A stretch of DNA of 64,000 bases from Trypanosoma brucei. Lineage: Eukaryota. Under the pieces are notes generated by a model. The model was not told the DNA's origin, made no database searches, and saw nothing but the letters and a program-made list of their open reading frames with translations. The position numbers were made by a program, and so were the translations under genes. Of this stretch, positions 44,773 through 54,257 are shown piece after piece. The DNA lies in assembly GCA_000002445.1 (NCBI GenBank), contig CP000071.1, positions 1,152,001-1,216,000 of the forward strand. The letters run 5' to 3'. The first letter of the stretch is position 1. Every line of letters begins with the position of its first letter.

Positions 44773-46413
44773 TCACTCGAACGCCGGCAACCGTACAAAG
44801 GCGAACTTTACGTTGTACGGGCTTACCACCATCAGGAAAAGAAGTACGATAGCTACCGCACCAAGAAGTGCGGAGGAAACGATACCACCGAGACACACAC
44901 CGTCGCATCTAGATAGACGTGAGTCATCTCCGCATACGGACTCAGCTAAGGTAATGTGCTGGCAATCATCCACACACTTCACCATGCAGAGCGGCAACAG
45001 GTGACTCCACTGCTCTTGCTGCGACACTTCTTCAAGGAACATCCGGGTCCACGTCCATGGAGACGAGAACAGCCGCTTCTGCGCACGTCCCTTGCTCATG
45101 CCGGGGGGGCCCCTGTAGTTGGTAATAAGGATGGTATTCTCAAGGTTCATCATTGCAGTAAGGTTTGTCCACGTCGAAACATTTGTACCACCAGGCACGT
45201 TAATCTCACCGGGTGGAAGGAACACAGCATAGAAGTCCTCTGTACGAAAGGCTACCTCCACATCTTTTATAATCCATGAATACAGGGCGTGCATGAGCCG
45301 ATCATTTCCCATTGGGAACGAGGAAGCGCGAAAGGCGGCCACAGCTGTGGATCTCGGAGGTGACCCGGGCGTTGGCGTGGGAGTCACCGGCGGTAGTGGT
45401 GTTGGTGAATAGCATTTCTCACGGACGGCGTACACAGCTGTTTCGGTTATGGCATAATATTCACATCCATTCACCTTAACCAGTGAGACAATCGGCCCAT
45501 GCATCCACTCCATCACCTTCTTAGGGCACAACAGACCGGTTTCAGAGGAATTCAATTCAAGGGACATGATATGGCTCTCGCCGTTAGGTTCACCGTAATA
45601 ATAGAGCTCATTCTCGTCCTCAGTTAACATCAAGGCATCGACATAATCGAGACAACTCATATTGGCGATGTCCCAGCTCTTCTTGTTACCATCCGAATCG
45701 CTGAGGCTATTCAGGTCCACCGCTGCAATCCACGAGGTCTCCTTCACGACATACATGAAATTCCGCTTCTTGCTTATTTGCATCACACCAGGTTGAAAAC
45801 CTCCAACAAGTTTCGCCGTTACATTGTTGGACACACTTATCTGCGAGTACATAATCCTTGAATTTCCAGTATCCGAAATAAATAAAACCGGTGCCCCGTC
45901 TTGTTCATGATAAATAATACTACTCGGTTTATCAACTTCATTGGCCGCAAACTTCGTCACCATTCCATCAGCATCTATCCGCTTCATGCAATCATTATCC
46001 CTGTCCGCCACGTAAATATCATTGTTTACACCAACAACAGAGGTGGGATGATTAAAACGAGCAACCTCTAAAGGACCAACTTCGTCACCACGCTTTGCAA
46101 GATTTCCCGCAACGGTATATATGCCAGTTTTGTTTACGAGTCGCACGGTGGATCCACCACCTCCAACATCACATAAAAGTAAAGGAAAGCTTTTGTTCTT
46201 AAAGAACCCACCCACCGCCTTGAATAAGCGACCAGTACCGTTTATGCCATCCGCCTGCCCACTACTACAGTTGATACAACTGTTGAAGAGGTTCACAATC
46301 ACCTTGGTGCCCACGGTTTGGTCTCCTATAACGGGACTCACAAAACCCAGCAGCAGCAACAACGCTGCCACGAGTGCGGCCAATGCTTCCCGTGATTCAG
46401 TCCTGCCACCCAT
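44773..46413 (-). CDS. NHL-repeat putative surface protein, paralog A (546 aa), with an N-terminal signal peptide and a C-terminal TM anchor
   Basis: Signal-like 'ALAALVAALLLLLGFVSPVIG'. NHL-repeat-like motifs 'IYVADRDNDCMKRIDADG' and 'LFISDTGNSRIMY'. Thr/Pro-rich linker 'PTPLPPVTPTPTPGSPP'. Hydrophobic C-terminus 'LLGAVAIVLLFLMVV'. Confidence 0.6.
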   Translation of the reverse strand: MGGRTESREALAALVAALLLLLGFVSPVIGDQTVGTKVIVNLFNSCINCSSGQADGINGTGRLFKAVGGFFKNKSFPLLLCDVGGGGSTVRLVNKTGIYTVAGNLAKRGDEVGPLEVARFNHPTSVVGVNNDIYVADRDNDCMKRIDADGMVTKFAANEVDKPSSIIYHEQDGAPVLFISDTGNSRIMYSQISVSNNVTAKLVGGFQPGVMQISKKRNFMYVVKETSWIAAVDLNSLSDSDGNKKSWDIANMSCLDYVDALMLTEDENELYYYGEPNGESHIMSLELNSSETGLLCPKKVMEWMHGPIVSLVKVNGCEYYAITETAVYAVREKCYSPTPLPPVTPTPTPGSPPRSTAVAAFRASSFPMGNDRLMHALYSWIIKDVEVAFRTEDFYAVFLPPGEINVPGGTNVSTWTNLTAMMNLENTILITNYRGPPGMSKGRAQKRLFSSPWTWTRMFLEEVSQQEQWSHLLPLCMVKCVDDCQHITLAESVCGDDSRLSRCDGVCLGGIVSSALLGAVAIVLLFLMVVSPYNVKFAFVRLPAFE

Positions 46414-46454
46414 TCCTGTTGCTCCACACTGTGATTCTATCAGTCAGTCGCTAT

Positions 46455-46486
46455 ATGTATATATATATATATATGTATATACCCCA
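46455..46486. repeat. (TA)n / (TATG) microsatellite in a spacer. The same microsatellite occurs at 56073-56104 in unit B.
   Basis: The sequence reads 'tatatgtatatatatatatatatgtatata'. Confidence 0.9.
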
Positions 46487-46783
46487 CGGATCTACCGTTG
46501 GGAAACAAACCTCAACCACAAAAGCGACCTATTAGCTCTGCTCAGTGAACTCACAACTCCCTTTAGTTGTCTTGTGATGATATTATTATTCACACATCAG
46601 AACAAAGAAAACAAAGGAAGCCAAAGGAAGACAAAAGAGGAGAAAGGAATCCGACACGTGAGAGAGAACAACAGTGGACGCAGACAGACGAAAGAAAAAC
46701 ACAGATGCATTGAAGCCACGCATTTAGGGTTGGGGAAACATATTCAGAGTTTGAAAGCCACGCTTCACTCCTTCGTATTTTGA

Positions 46784-47512
46784 CTAAGGCAACGCAGACC
46801 CGCCACCCGCCGGTCCCTTACCAATGTGGAGGAAATTGCAGTACTTCCCACGCCTGCAGCCCTCCCGAGTGAGGAAGAAAGTACATACCCTGCCATATGT
46901 TGCATTTCCCACGTGGCGCTCATTTCGACGGATCTGTGAGAGGCGGTAATCCTCAGAAGAGGATGCTGCACTGGTTGGGAGCAGTGGGGAACCTGCAGGG
47001 GATGGCAGTGGTGTAGCCATGTTCTGTTGATGAGCAGAGTTTCGACCACCCGCCACAACCCCTATTCCCTGTGACGGAGGGGCATGTGGTAGTGATGAGG
47101 ATGCGGTACCCCCCGCACATCCGTAAGGCGGTGTGGTGCCAGTAGCGCTGTTGTGTGGCAGGGGGCACTCCCTCATACGTCCTTCGGCATTAGCGTCCCG
47201 CGGACGACCTGAGGCTACTTGGAGTTCTATAGAGAAAGGGTCGGGGCAGTTAACGCCACAGTGTCCGTTTATGGCTGAATAGAATTCCATAAGTGCCTGA
47301 TGCGCTACGTGTGTCGGTGGGCGCAGCGAGAGGACGTTAGGTGTAGCAACGGACAACACTTTCTCCGATGATAGCGGTTGGTACGGCGAGTTCTGAATCT
47401 TGCGCACGAGGCACACTGCCGATGGGGCTGCATGCTCCACAATGTAGTTCACCATCGCTCTCGTTGTGAGTTGCTGGGTAGTTGACGTTGCTTCCGCAGA
47501 CGAGATGGTCAT
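46784..47512 (-). CDS. CCCH-type zinc-finger protein (duplicated unit, copy A)
   Basis: The C-terminal 'YGRVCTFFLTREGCRRGKYCNFLHIG' matches C-x8-C-x5-C-x3-H exactly. The N-terminal region is Ser/Pro/Ala-rich and low-complexity. Confidence 0.6.
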   Translation of the reverse strand: MTISSAEATSTTQQLTTRAMVNYIVEHAAPSAVCLVRKIQNSPYQPLSSEKVLSVATPNVLSLRPPTHVAHQALMEFYSAINGHCGVNCPDPFSIELQVASGRPRDANAEGRMRECPLPHNSATGTTPPYGCAGGTASSSLPHAPPSQGIGVVAGGRNSAHQQNMATPLPSPAGSPLLPTSAASSSEDYRLSQIRRNERHVGNATYGRVCTFFLTREGCRRGKYCNFLHIGKGPAGGGSALP

Positions 47513-47746
47513 TCAACTGCACGCGTATATACCCCCCACCCGTGCGGTTTTACAATGTTTCCGGGAGAAGAAATGAGGCTACCTTACCTTGGGATATTCA
47601 CCCACACAAACGGAAATTATCAACGATCCTACCTGCTTCGGGGTGGTTCTTCACATGCATCTGAACAAACCAACAACCAGTAGCAGCACAGCAACAATGT
47701 ACAACAAGTATACAATCACACCATCCCACTTACATAGATTCTCCTT

Positions 47747-48460
47747 TTAGTCTTCCTCATCCTCTTTCCCTTCGTAACACACCTCACTTTCCTCCACTTC
47801 CTCATCGCTACTTTCCGATTCAACACCCGAAAAACATTGCCGCCGCAGATTCAAAACCCCACGCGAGTAGTACGTTGCCATTCTTTCCACAGGAAGACTT
47901 AGGAAGTCCTGCACGCATGACGCTCTGTGCTCTTGCATGAATGCTATCACGGCCCACAGTTCAGCCATAGCCCAGATGTCACTACGGAGGGGACTCTTCT
48001 TTTCTGCTTCACCATCCTTTGCAGCGATCGCCACGTGGTCAGTCTTGCTATTATTGTTAGCATGTGACATAGCCCCAGCAAGACACATGTGCTCACCAAC
48101 GAACTTCACTAGCCTATAGTTATGATTGGGATGCACCGTAACGTTTCCAGTGTTGGGACATGGTAGCAATAGGATAGGGGTCTCCTCATCCGTTATGTCC
48201 TGCAGCAACACACCCGCTTGTCCAAGTAGTTGCCGAAGGTTCAGGGACGGTGCGGCAGAGGGCACCTGAGTTACCCTCCCATTAATGCGGATAACAAAGT
48301 GCGCCTCCTCATCGGTTCCACACTCCTTAGATCGGCCGCGCTTGCGAGTTCCCTTAACCACTTCTTGACCCGCCAATCGTGTCATGACCTCTACCAATAC
48401 CTTTAGTGATTGATCAACGGGGGAGAAAATCTTAGATAAGCACATATGGATGGCGCGCAA
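47747..48460 (-). CDS. Hypothetical small protein with an acidic, Ser-rich C-terminus (237 aa), copy A
   Basis: Minus-strand ORF with the C-terminal tail 'SESSDEEVEESEVCYEGKEDEED'. No motif recognised. Confidence 0.45.
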   Translation of the reverse strand: MRAIHMCLSKIFSPVDQSLKVLVEVMTRLAGQEVVKGTRKRGRSKECGTDEEAHFVIRINGRVTQVPSAAPSLNLRQLLGQAGVLLQDITDEETPILLLPCPNTGNVTVHPNHNYRLVKFVGEHMCLAGAMSHANNNSKTDHVAIAAKDGEAEKKSPLRSDIWAMAELWAVIAFMQEHRASCVQDFLSLPVERMATYYSRGVLNLRRQCFSGVESESSDEEVEESEVCYEGKEDEED

Positions 48461-48840
48461 CTGAAGTTGGGATGGCGGCTCGACTGATGCAACGTGACGA
48501 CCAATCTTATCCTAGTCAGAGTGACGTGGTGTAGGTATGGTGAGGCCACTGCAGTCGGAACGCTGAGAGTGTTCAGCACTAAAAACATTTCACGGGAGGA
48601 TCCCTAAACTGACACAGCAACTGTTCATATGTCCACTACACGATGAACCAGGGATACCATCGCGGAGGTGTAATTTAATCCACAGACACTGCGGGAGGTA
48701 TTGCTGGGGTTAGATCTCGAATAGTGCTACAGGCACTCAACAATTGCCGGACACAAAAGACTAATGGACACACACACCGCTTTCTTTGCCTAAAGTGCAG
48801 CCCTGGAAAGTTACAAATAAGGAATGACAGGTACCGTGAG

Positions 48841-50361
48841 TTAACCGGTGTCGTTGGTCGACACAGCCATTAGTTCCCTCAGGCGCTCTCTATATTCCTG
48901 TGCTACAACCCCATCCAGAGCAACTGTTATTCCGGCTGTGTTGCCACACTTCTGCTGCTGTTCTGCAAGCAGGATGCTGTAAACACTCTGCAATTCAGGA
49001 AGAGAACCCGCCGCCCGTAGACGCGCCACGTCTCGGTACGAGCGAAACATTCCTGCGGTACGTGCTTCACACACCACGCGTCTGCAAATATTTGGCAGAG
49101 CATCCAGTTCCCGCCCCCAGAACCGCGCGTCTGACCCAGCAGCGGCCACATTCCGAAAGAACTCCAAACCCGTCAGTCGCTCGATTTCTACCACAGGCAC
49201 CTGGTAAGCTGTGAGGGGCCGCTCCACGGCAATCGGTTCGTTCGGCATTAGGAAGGCAGCAGCTTCATGTGCCCCGTCCGCTCGCTCACCTAATATAACT
49301 TTGAAGAGGTGTGTGGGGACCGCAACGTCGCGCTTGCCCACAAGCTCATAGCAGACAATCTTCCGCAAGTGCACTGCTGCCTTGTCATTTCCACAGTGGC
49401 AGTGTTCTCCAGAAGCCAACACTCCGCTACTCACAGGTTTTACTGGAGACGGACATTGCGATGGTTCCGCCCACCGCCACGTGCGCACATCACCATCCAC
49501 GAGCCGCGGGTGGAAGACAGGTCCCGTCACTACCCACAATCCCCTCTCATAATACCGCCGCAACTTCCGTGTGAGGTTTTCCAACCGCAGCCAGTCGACA
49601 GCATTCATTGTCATGTCCTGTGGTACAGTGTTCGCATTCATGTTAAAGGTCTGAGCCAACTCAACAGTAGAGCTCTTGTGAAACTGTGCGGCAGCAAGGT
49701 GACCTCGGCTGAGGCCTCGTGAGTGCTGTCCCCTGCCACCCCCAATATAGTCACCGGGCTGCACGCGGAACAACTGAGGCACCGTCATGTCCGCAAAGAA
49801 CCTCATTCCATCTCGCTGGGCTTCCGCTGCGGAAGCGTTTACTAAGTCGTTATCAGCCGTGACCACTGAATCAGCAGCAGTGGTCCTGCCGGGGATGTAC
49901 TCCAACACCCAATTAGGGATACGACGCTCATAATTCAGACTAGAAACAAAGCCTTTGTAGTAGCGCAGGTGATCGTCGGACGGAAGCCCCTTGCTTGTAA
50001 GTCTTAGCACGAAAGGAGTAGTTTCCCCACCATCGTCGTTACACCTCTCCTTGGGGTATGCGGGCTGTGGGCATTGCACGTGTAACACCTCCGGACTTGT
50101 GCGCTCAGTCATCTGTTGATACGGAACAGGCGATGGATGGCATTTGTCCACACCAAACCAACCACCACGCTCCACAACCATTCCTATCGCGCCTCCCGCC
50201 AGCGCCGTACCAAGGAAGGCAAAGGCACGTCCCACGGAGGAAGCAGAAACCGCCATCGTATGCTTCTTCCTGCAGTTGATGCCACAAAGTGTAATAGAAG
50301 GAGTAAGTGGGATGACAGTGCACGTATCAGTGGGCATGAGCCGTACGGTGATGCGATGCAT
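48841..50361 (-). CDS. Endonuclease G-like DNA/RNA non-specific nuclease (DRGH/NUC family), copy A. The likely start is the internal Met at about 50256, with a mitochondrial-targeting/TM-like leader.
   Basis: 'HSRGLSRGHLAAAQFHKSSTVELAQTFNMNANTVPQDMTMNAVDWLRLENLTRKL' corresponds to the DRGH active-site motif, and the downstream Asn matches the metal-binding residue of beta-beta-alpha-Me nucleases such as EndoG and Serratia nuclease. The N-terminal 'MAVSASSVGRAFAFLGTALAGGAIGMVV' is hydrophobic and targeting-like. Confidence 0.65.
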   Translation of the reverse strand: MHRITVRLMPTDTCTVIPLTPSITLCGINCRKKHTMAVSASSVGRAFAFLGTALAGGAIGMVVERGGWFGVDKCHPSPVPYQQMTERTSPEVLHVQCPQPAYPKERCNDDGGETTPFVLRLTSKGLPSDDHLRYYKGFVSSLNYERRIPNWVLEYIPGRTTAADSVVTADNDLVNASAAEAQRDGMRFFADMTVPQLFRVQPGDYIGGGRGQHSRGLSRGHLAAAQFHKSSTVELAQTFNMNANTVPQDMTMNAVDWLRLENLTRKLRRYYERGLWVVTGPVFHPRLVDGDVRTWRWAEPSQCPSPVKPVSSGVLASGEHCHCGNDKAAVHLRKIVCYELVGKRDVAVPTHLFKVILGERADGAHEAAAFLMPNEPIAVERPLTAYQVPVVEIERLTGLEFFRNVAAAGSDARFWGRELDALPNICRRVVCEARTAGMFRSYRDVARLRAAGSLPELQSVYSILLAEQQQKCGNTAGITVALDGVVAQEYRERLRELMAVSTNDTG

Positions 50362-51332
50362 TTTACGTATCGCTATGAGGTCCTTCCGTCCACATGACGA
50401 ATACAGCTACAAATGATCTTGCACTACAGCGGGTGGTATTAACGATAAGGTTACATCAGCTTCAGCACACTTTGCTTCTGCTTTTAACCCTAGACTTATC
50501 TAATCCCTGCCGCCCACGCAGTTGCATAATTAAATAGAAGATAATAAGGGAGAATGAAAATGAATGAAGATGGGAAAATACGGTGAAGGAACACAAAGGG
50601 CACTATAGCAGTATAGGAGCACGCCACAAGAAGATGTGCTCGGACAAGCGGATGGATCACCAACAAGATAGGGGACCTTCGGAGGGTTTCACAGTTGGAG
50701 TCAGCATGGACTCACCTCAAAGGAAGACAAATAAGGGAAAAGAATAGAAAAAATAAAATTACGTTCCCCTGTGGCACAACGACGGCAAGCGTCGGGGTAC
50801 CTGAAGCTGTACAGGCGTGCTCGCTGTAGCGACCGCACAGTCTTGTATTGTGCACTGCTTCACTGTAACATGATAGTTCATACCCCAATATATGTTGCCT
50901 ACAACCTTGTCCCCTACACACTCAGATGACACCGCACCAGTGGCATGCGGAACCGTAGTGGTAGGAGGCGGCAACCCAGGAACCTCCAGCAGCTGAAAAT
51001 ATAATTTTGATGGAGAGATCTCTAGATAGAGCCGGCGTCTATGTATAAACATGCCGGCTGCACTGAGGCCGGCGTAGGGTAACCCCAGAGCCGATGCCAA
51101 CAACAACAAAAAAAAGAAATAACGACCGATCAATAACGATAAGAATGATAATGGTGGAAATACATGTACATGTACGGGAGCACATGAATAACTAGTGAAT
51201 AGCGAAAATAGCGATCAGTTGAGTTACTGAGACCTTTCCACCCTGCTCTCACTCAGTTACTGCAAGCACGTGTTGCATGGGAGTGGAAGGACAGTAAGAC
51301 ATTGCGCATGTTTGTGTGATAGTCTAGGAAAT

Positions 51333-53591
51333 TCACTGCTCGACCCTTTCTTTGTTGCCGTAGGCAGATGCGTAATCTTGCTCATCCTCATCCAGTGTAC
51401 TCACGAATTTCGGACGAGCGGGTGCGACTACGGCGGCAAGGCGTCTGCGTTTCGATGTGAACACGACAGCTAACACGATGAGGACGGCTACGATAAGTGC
51501 ACACACTACCGCGATTATGATTAGGCACACGCGACCGCACTTTGGCGCCTTCTCTGTGGTGGGTCTGACGGTATCGTTGTTCAGGTGGTCGTTCAAGTCT
51601 TGCCAGTCAATCTCACCGACGCATTCCGACACATCGAACGTATAGTTTCCAGGAATGAATACTTCGTACAGACTCATCTCAACGTAGGGTGGCTGGTAAA
51701 AAAGCGATACCGTGCGGTTCGTTATCGTGGACTGGCATACTCCAGTTACATTGCTATCAAGTGCCGTGGCAATGGTGGTTCGGCTATGGTCACCAACCTC
51801 TTCCCTACGTGCCATGCTTCTCCCGGTGCTACGTTCTTCACATTTCTTTATTTGATTCATCACCTCGTCGTGTATGTACCAGCGTACTTCCTGTTCCTCA
51901 TCCGGAGTCAGTGATGAGAAGTTGAACGGGGGATTGGAGAAGGTTACATCGACGTGAGTGTCCGAGCTCCGCAAGTATTTGATGAATGAGTGGGCAGTCT
52001 CAGTGAGGTTCGCATCTGACAGCAAGTCGTGGGTCACGGTGTTGTTGAACGAGGCTGGCATCAGTAGCTTCACTGTTGTGATATTTTCAGCGTCACTGCT
52101 CTCAGCCTTAAGGGGCATGTCCGCGTAGATGAGCGTGAAATTGAGTACCTCACCCGCCTCCTTTGCGAGCTTCCGACGGAGAGCATCAAGACTCAGGCGA
52201 TTGCAATATGGGACCATTGTGCTGTCCATGTACACCTGTTCGTCAGTAAGGTTGTAGTACTCATCCGCAGCCTCCTTTGTGTGTTCATAGTTACTCTCGT
52301 GCAAGGCCTGTTCGGTTTTCTCGTCATCAAAGTCCGGCTGTTGCACACCGGCGGTGAAATTCGTTAGCCATGTTGTGGAGTCCACATGTACGGAAGAAGA
52401 GGCAACAATACTTTCGGTGGTGCCGAGCGCAGTGTTGATGTCCTCAGTGAGGTTCCCCACAATCCACTCCATGATGTCTTTATCAGGGTATCCAACTGGT
52501 AACGGGCGCCCGGGGAAGAGACCCTGCACGTACACTGGTGGAAGTGTCACAGAACGCAGGACACTTTTCTTTTCCGATGTAACATACATTTCGTACTCCG
52601 TCACCACGAGCAATCGGGTTATCTCACAAAGAAGCGTGTCATCTCCCTCAGTATTGGGAAGACACGAGTTCGTGCTTCCTCCGGCGAATCGTTTCGTCGT
52701 AAGTTTATTACCGTCGGTCGAAACGCGGTGTAACTCATTTTGTGTTGCCGCGAGTAGATCACCAGACCGTGTGCTGGTAATGTCCACATATTCACCATCC
52801 ACCTCTGCGATCTTGTGGCCCTGCAGGTCGAACCAGCAGATGGTGCCCTGCTTCGCGGGGCCGCGAGCAACAACAAAGATGCCCTGCTGCGTGGCGGCAA
52901 TGCCGATGGGACCATAGATACTGCAGTTTGCACTCAGAGCCACGTGGCTGTGACATGCGATTGGGTCACCGTCGCTTCCCACTTCACACGTCCATACAGT
53001 ATTTGTGTTTTGCTCTGTCAGATACAGGTGGTTCCCGTACAAAGCTACGCCTGTCAGCGAGCCATTGCGGACTACGTCATGAGAGAAGACACCGCTGTCC
53101 TTGAAATACTTCACCTCACCCATACTCTCAACAAAGTAAACAAATGTGGAGCCACCAACTGTCCACTGCACGCAGGCGCGCGGTTTGTCAACTTTGACAC
53201 TACGCGACCCGCTTTTCTGATCCTCGTCTGTCTCCCATGCCGTGATTGTAGTGGTCTCACGGTTCTTGCGCGAGAAGGCACGGAAGCGGTCAACTGTCCC
53301 CAAAAGGATCTCGTCACTATTCCTGCCTCTGCACATAGCGTGGGGTGACGATAATTCCGACATGCCAGGGAACCCGTCCTTATCACCAATATGACCGTAC
53401 TTGCCAGCGACGGTGGTCACATGGCGCTTCAGTTCAATGGGAGCGGCTCCACTTCTCACTACAATCGTTGCGACGGTGGCCACGAGCAAAAGCATCTGGG
53501 ATACGTAACCTAAGTGCACGGTTCCTACTACTTCCCTCACATTCATTGTTTCCACCTCACAGTTGGTTTGTTTCCACAACGGCATGCGCAA
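51333..53591 (-). CDS. NHL/beta-propeller-like type-I transmembrane glycoprotein (752 aa), copy A
   Basis: Hydrophobic N-terminal segment 'MLLLVATVATIVV'. NHL-like segments 'GVALYGNHLYLTEQNTNTVW' and 'GIFVVARGPAKQGTICWFD'. Many N-x-S/T sequons. Single TM 'CLIIIAVVCALIVAVLIVLAVVF' followed by a basic stop-transfer 'TSKRRR' and a short acidic tail. Confidence 0.6.
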   Translation of the reverse strand: MRMPLWKQTNCEVETMNVREVVGTVHLGYVSQMLLLVATVATIVVRSGAAPIELKRHVTTVAGKYGHIGDKDGFPGMSELSSPHAMCRGRNSDEILLGTVDRFRAFSRKNRETTTITAWETDEDQKSGSRSVKVDKPRACVQWTVGGSTFVYFVESMGEVKYFKDSGVFSHDVVRNGSLTGVALYGNHLYLTEQNTNTVWTCEVGSDGDPIACHSHVALSANCSIYGPIGIAATQQGIFVVARGPAKQGTICWFDLQGHKIAEVDGEYVDITSTRSGDLLAATQNELHRVSTDGNKLTTKRFAGGSTNSCLPNTEGDDTLLCEITRLLVVTEYEMYVTSEKKSVLRSVTLPPVYVQGLFPGRPLPVGYPDKDIMEWIVGNLTEDINTALGTTESIVASSSVHVDSTTWLTNFTAGVQQPDFDDEKTEQALHESNYEHTKEAADEYYNLTDEQVYMDSTMVPYCNRLSLDALRRKLAKEAGEVLNFTLIYADMPLKAESSDAENITTVKLLMPASFNNTVTHDLLSDANLTETAHSFIKYLRSSDTHVDVTFSNPPFNFSSLTPDEEQEVRWYIHDEVMNQIKKCEERSTGRSMARREEVGDHSRTTIATALDSNVTGVCQSTITNRTVSLFYQPPYVEMSLYEVFIPGNYTFDVSECVGEIDWQDLNDHLNNDTVRPTTEKAPKCGRVCLIIIAVVCALIVAVLIVLAVVFTSKRRRLAAVVAPARPKFVSTLDEDEQDYASAYGNKERVEQ

Positions 53592-54257
53592 TCGAGAAAT
53601 TACAGTGGGGTCACTAGCCTCTGCCTTACCTAACGCGAAAGGATCCAGTGTTCTGTTAACTTCCTCTAATTACCTGCCCTCAGAGAGAGGCCGGCTACAA
53701 TTCCTTATATGGCACCCCAGAAGCGCGGCACAAGAGTCGCGGGCAACGAAGACGCAAAAAAGAAGGAAAGGGATAGACAAAGAATAGGTACGCGAAGAGA
53801 CTTTTGGTCATTGGAACGCCAAAACTCGTATGTAATGTATACAGGTGACTGTTCACGCAGAACCTGCAAATGTTGCTTCCAACTCTACGGTCTCTTCTAA
53901 AACGATGCAGCTGCAAAATCAAAAGTGCCTTTTAAAACATATTGCGTAGCAAATTTTTTTTTCTTTGGGGGGGGGAGGTAGTGGAGGGAAAACATTTTAA
54001 ATGGGTATACCTATTCTATCACTTACGTAATCACACGCTTTTTCTTACTGTCATAAATACGTATTTTCTGCACAAAAAGATTTGTTTCCTCACCCAAAAT
54101 GAGCAAGGTGTAGCCATCACATGACGACCAGAAACGCACACCCACCCAACTCTAACCTCATGCGAAGTAGTCGCAGAGGTTGCCTCTCACTATTCCCCAC
54201 CGGCTGTCACCTCCATTACGTATCCATGAGTGACTCCGAAGTCACTTGCAGCTCCAA

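Larger units (their letters stand above)
46275..54257. repeat. Near-identical tandem segmental duplication, unit A. Unit B lies at 55892-63875 with a period of 9618 bp.
   Basis: Every ORF in 46.3-54.3 kb recurs at exactly +9618 with identical translations. Exceptions are single substitutions (nuclease 'ELMAVS' vs 'ELMVVS', a spurious ORF 'RLCGRY' vs 'RLRGRY'). The spacers, including (TA)n at 46455/56073, are also identical. Confidence 0.9.
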
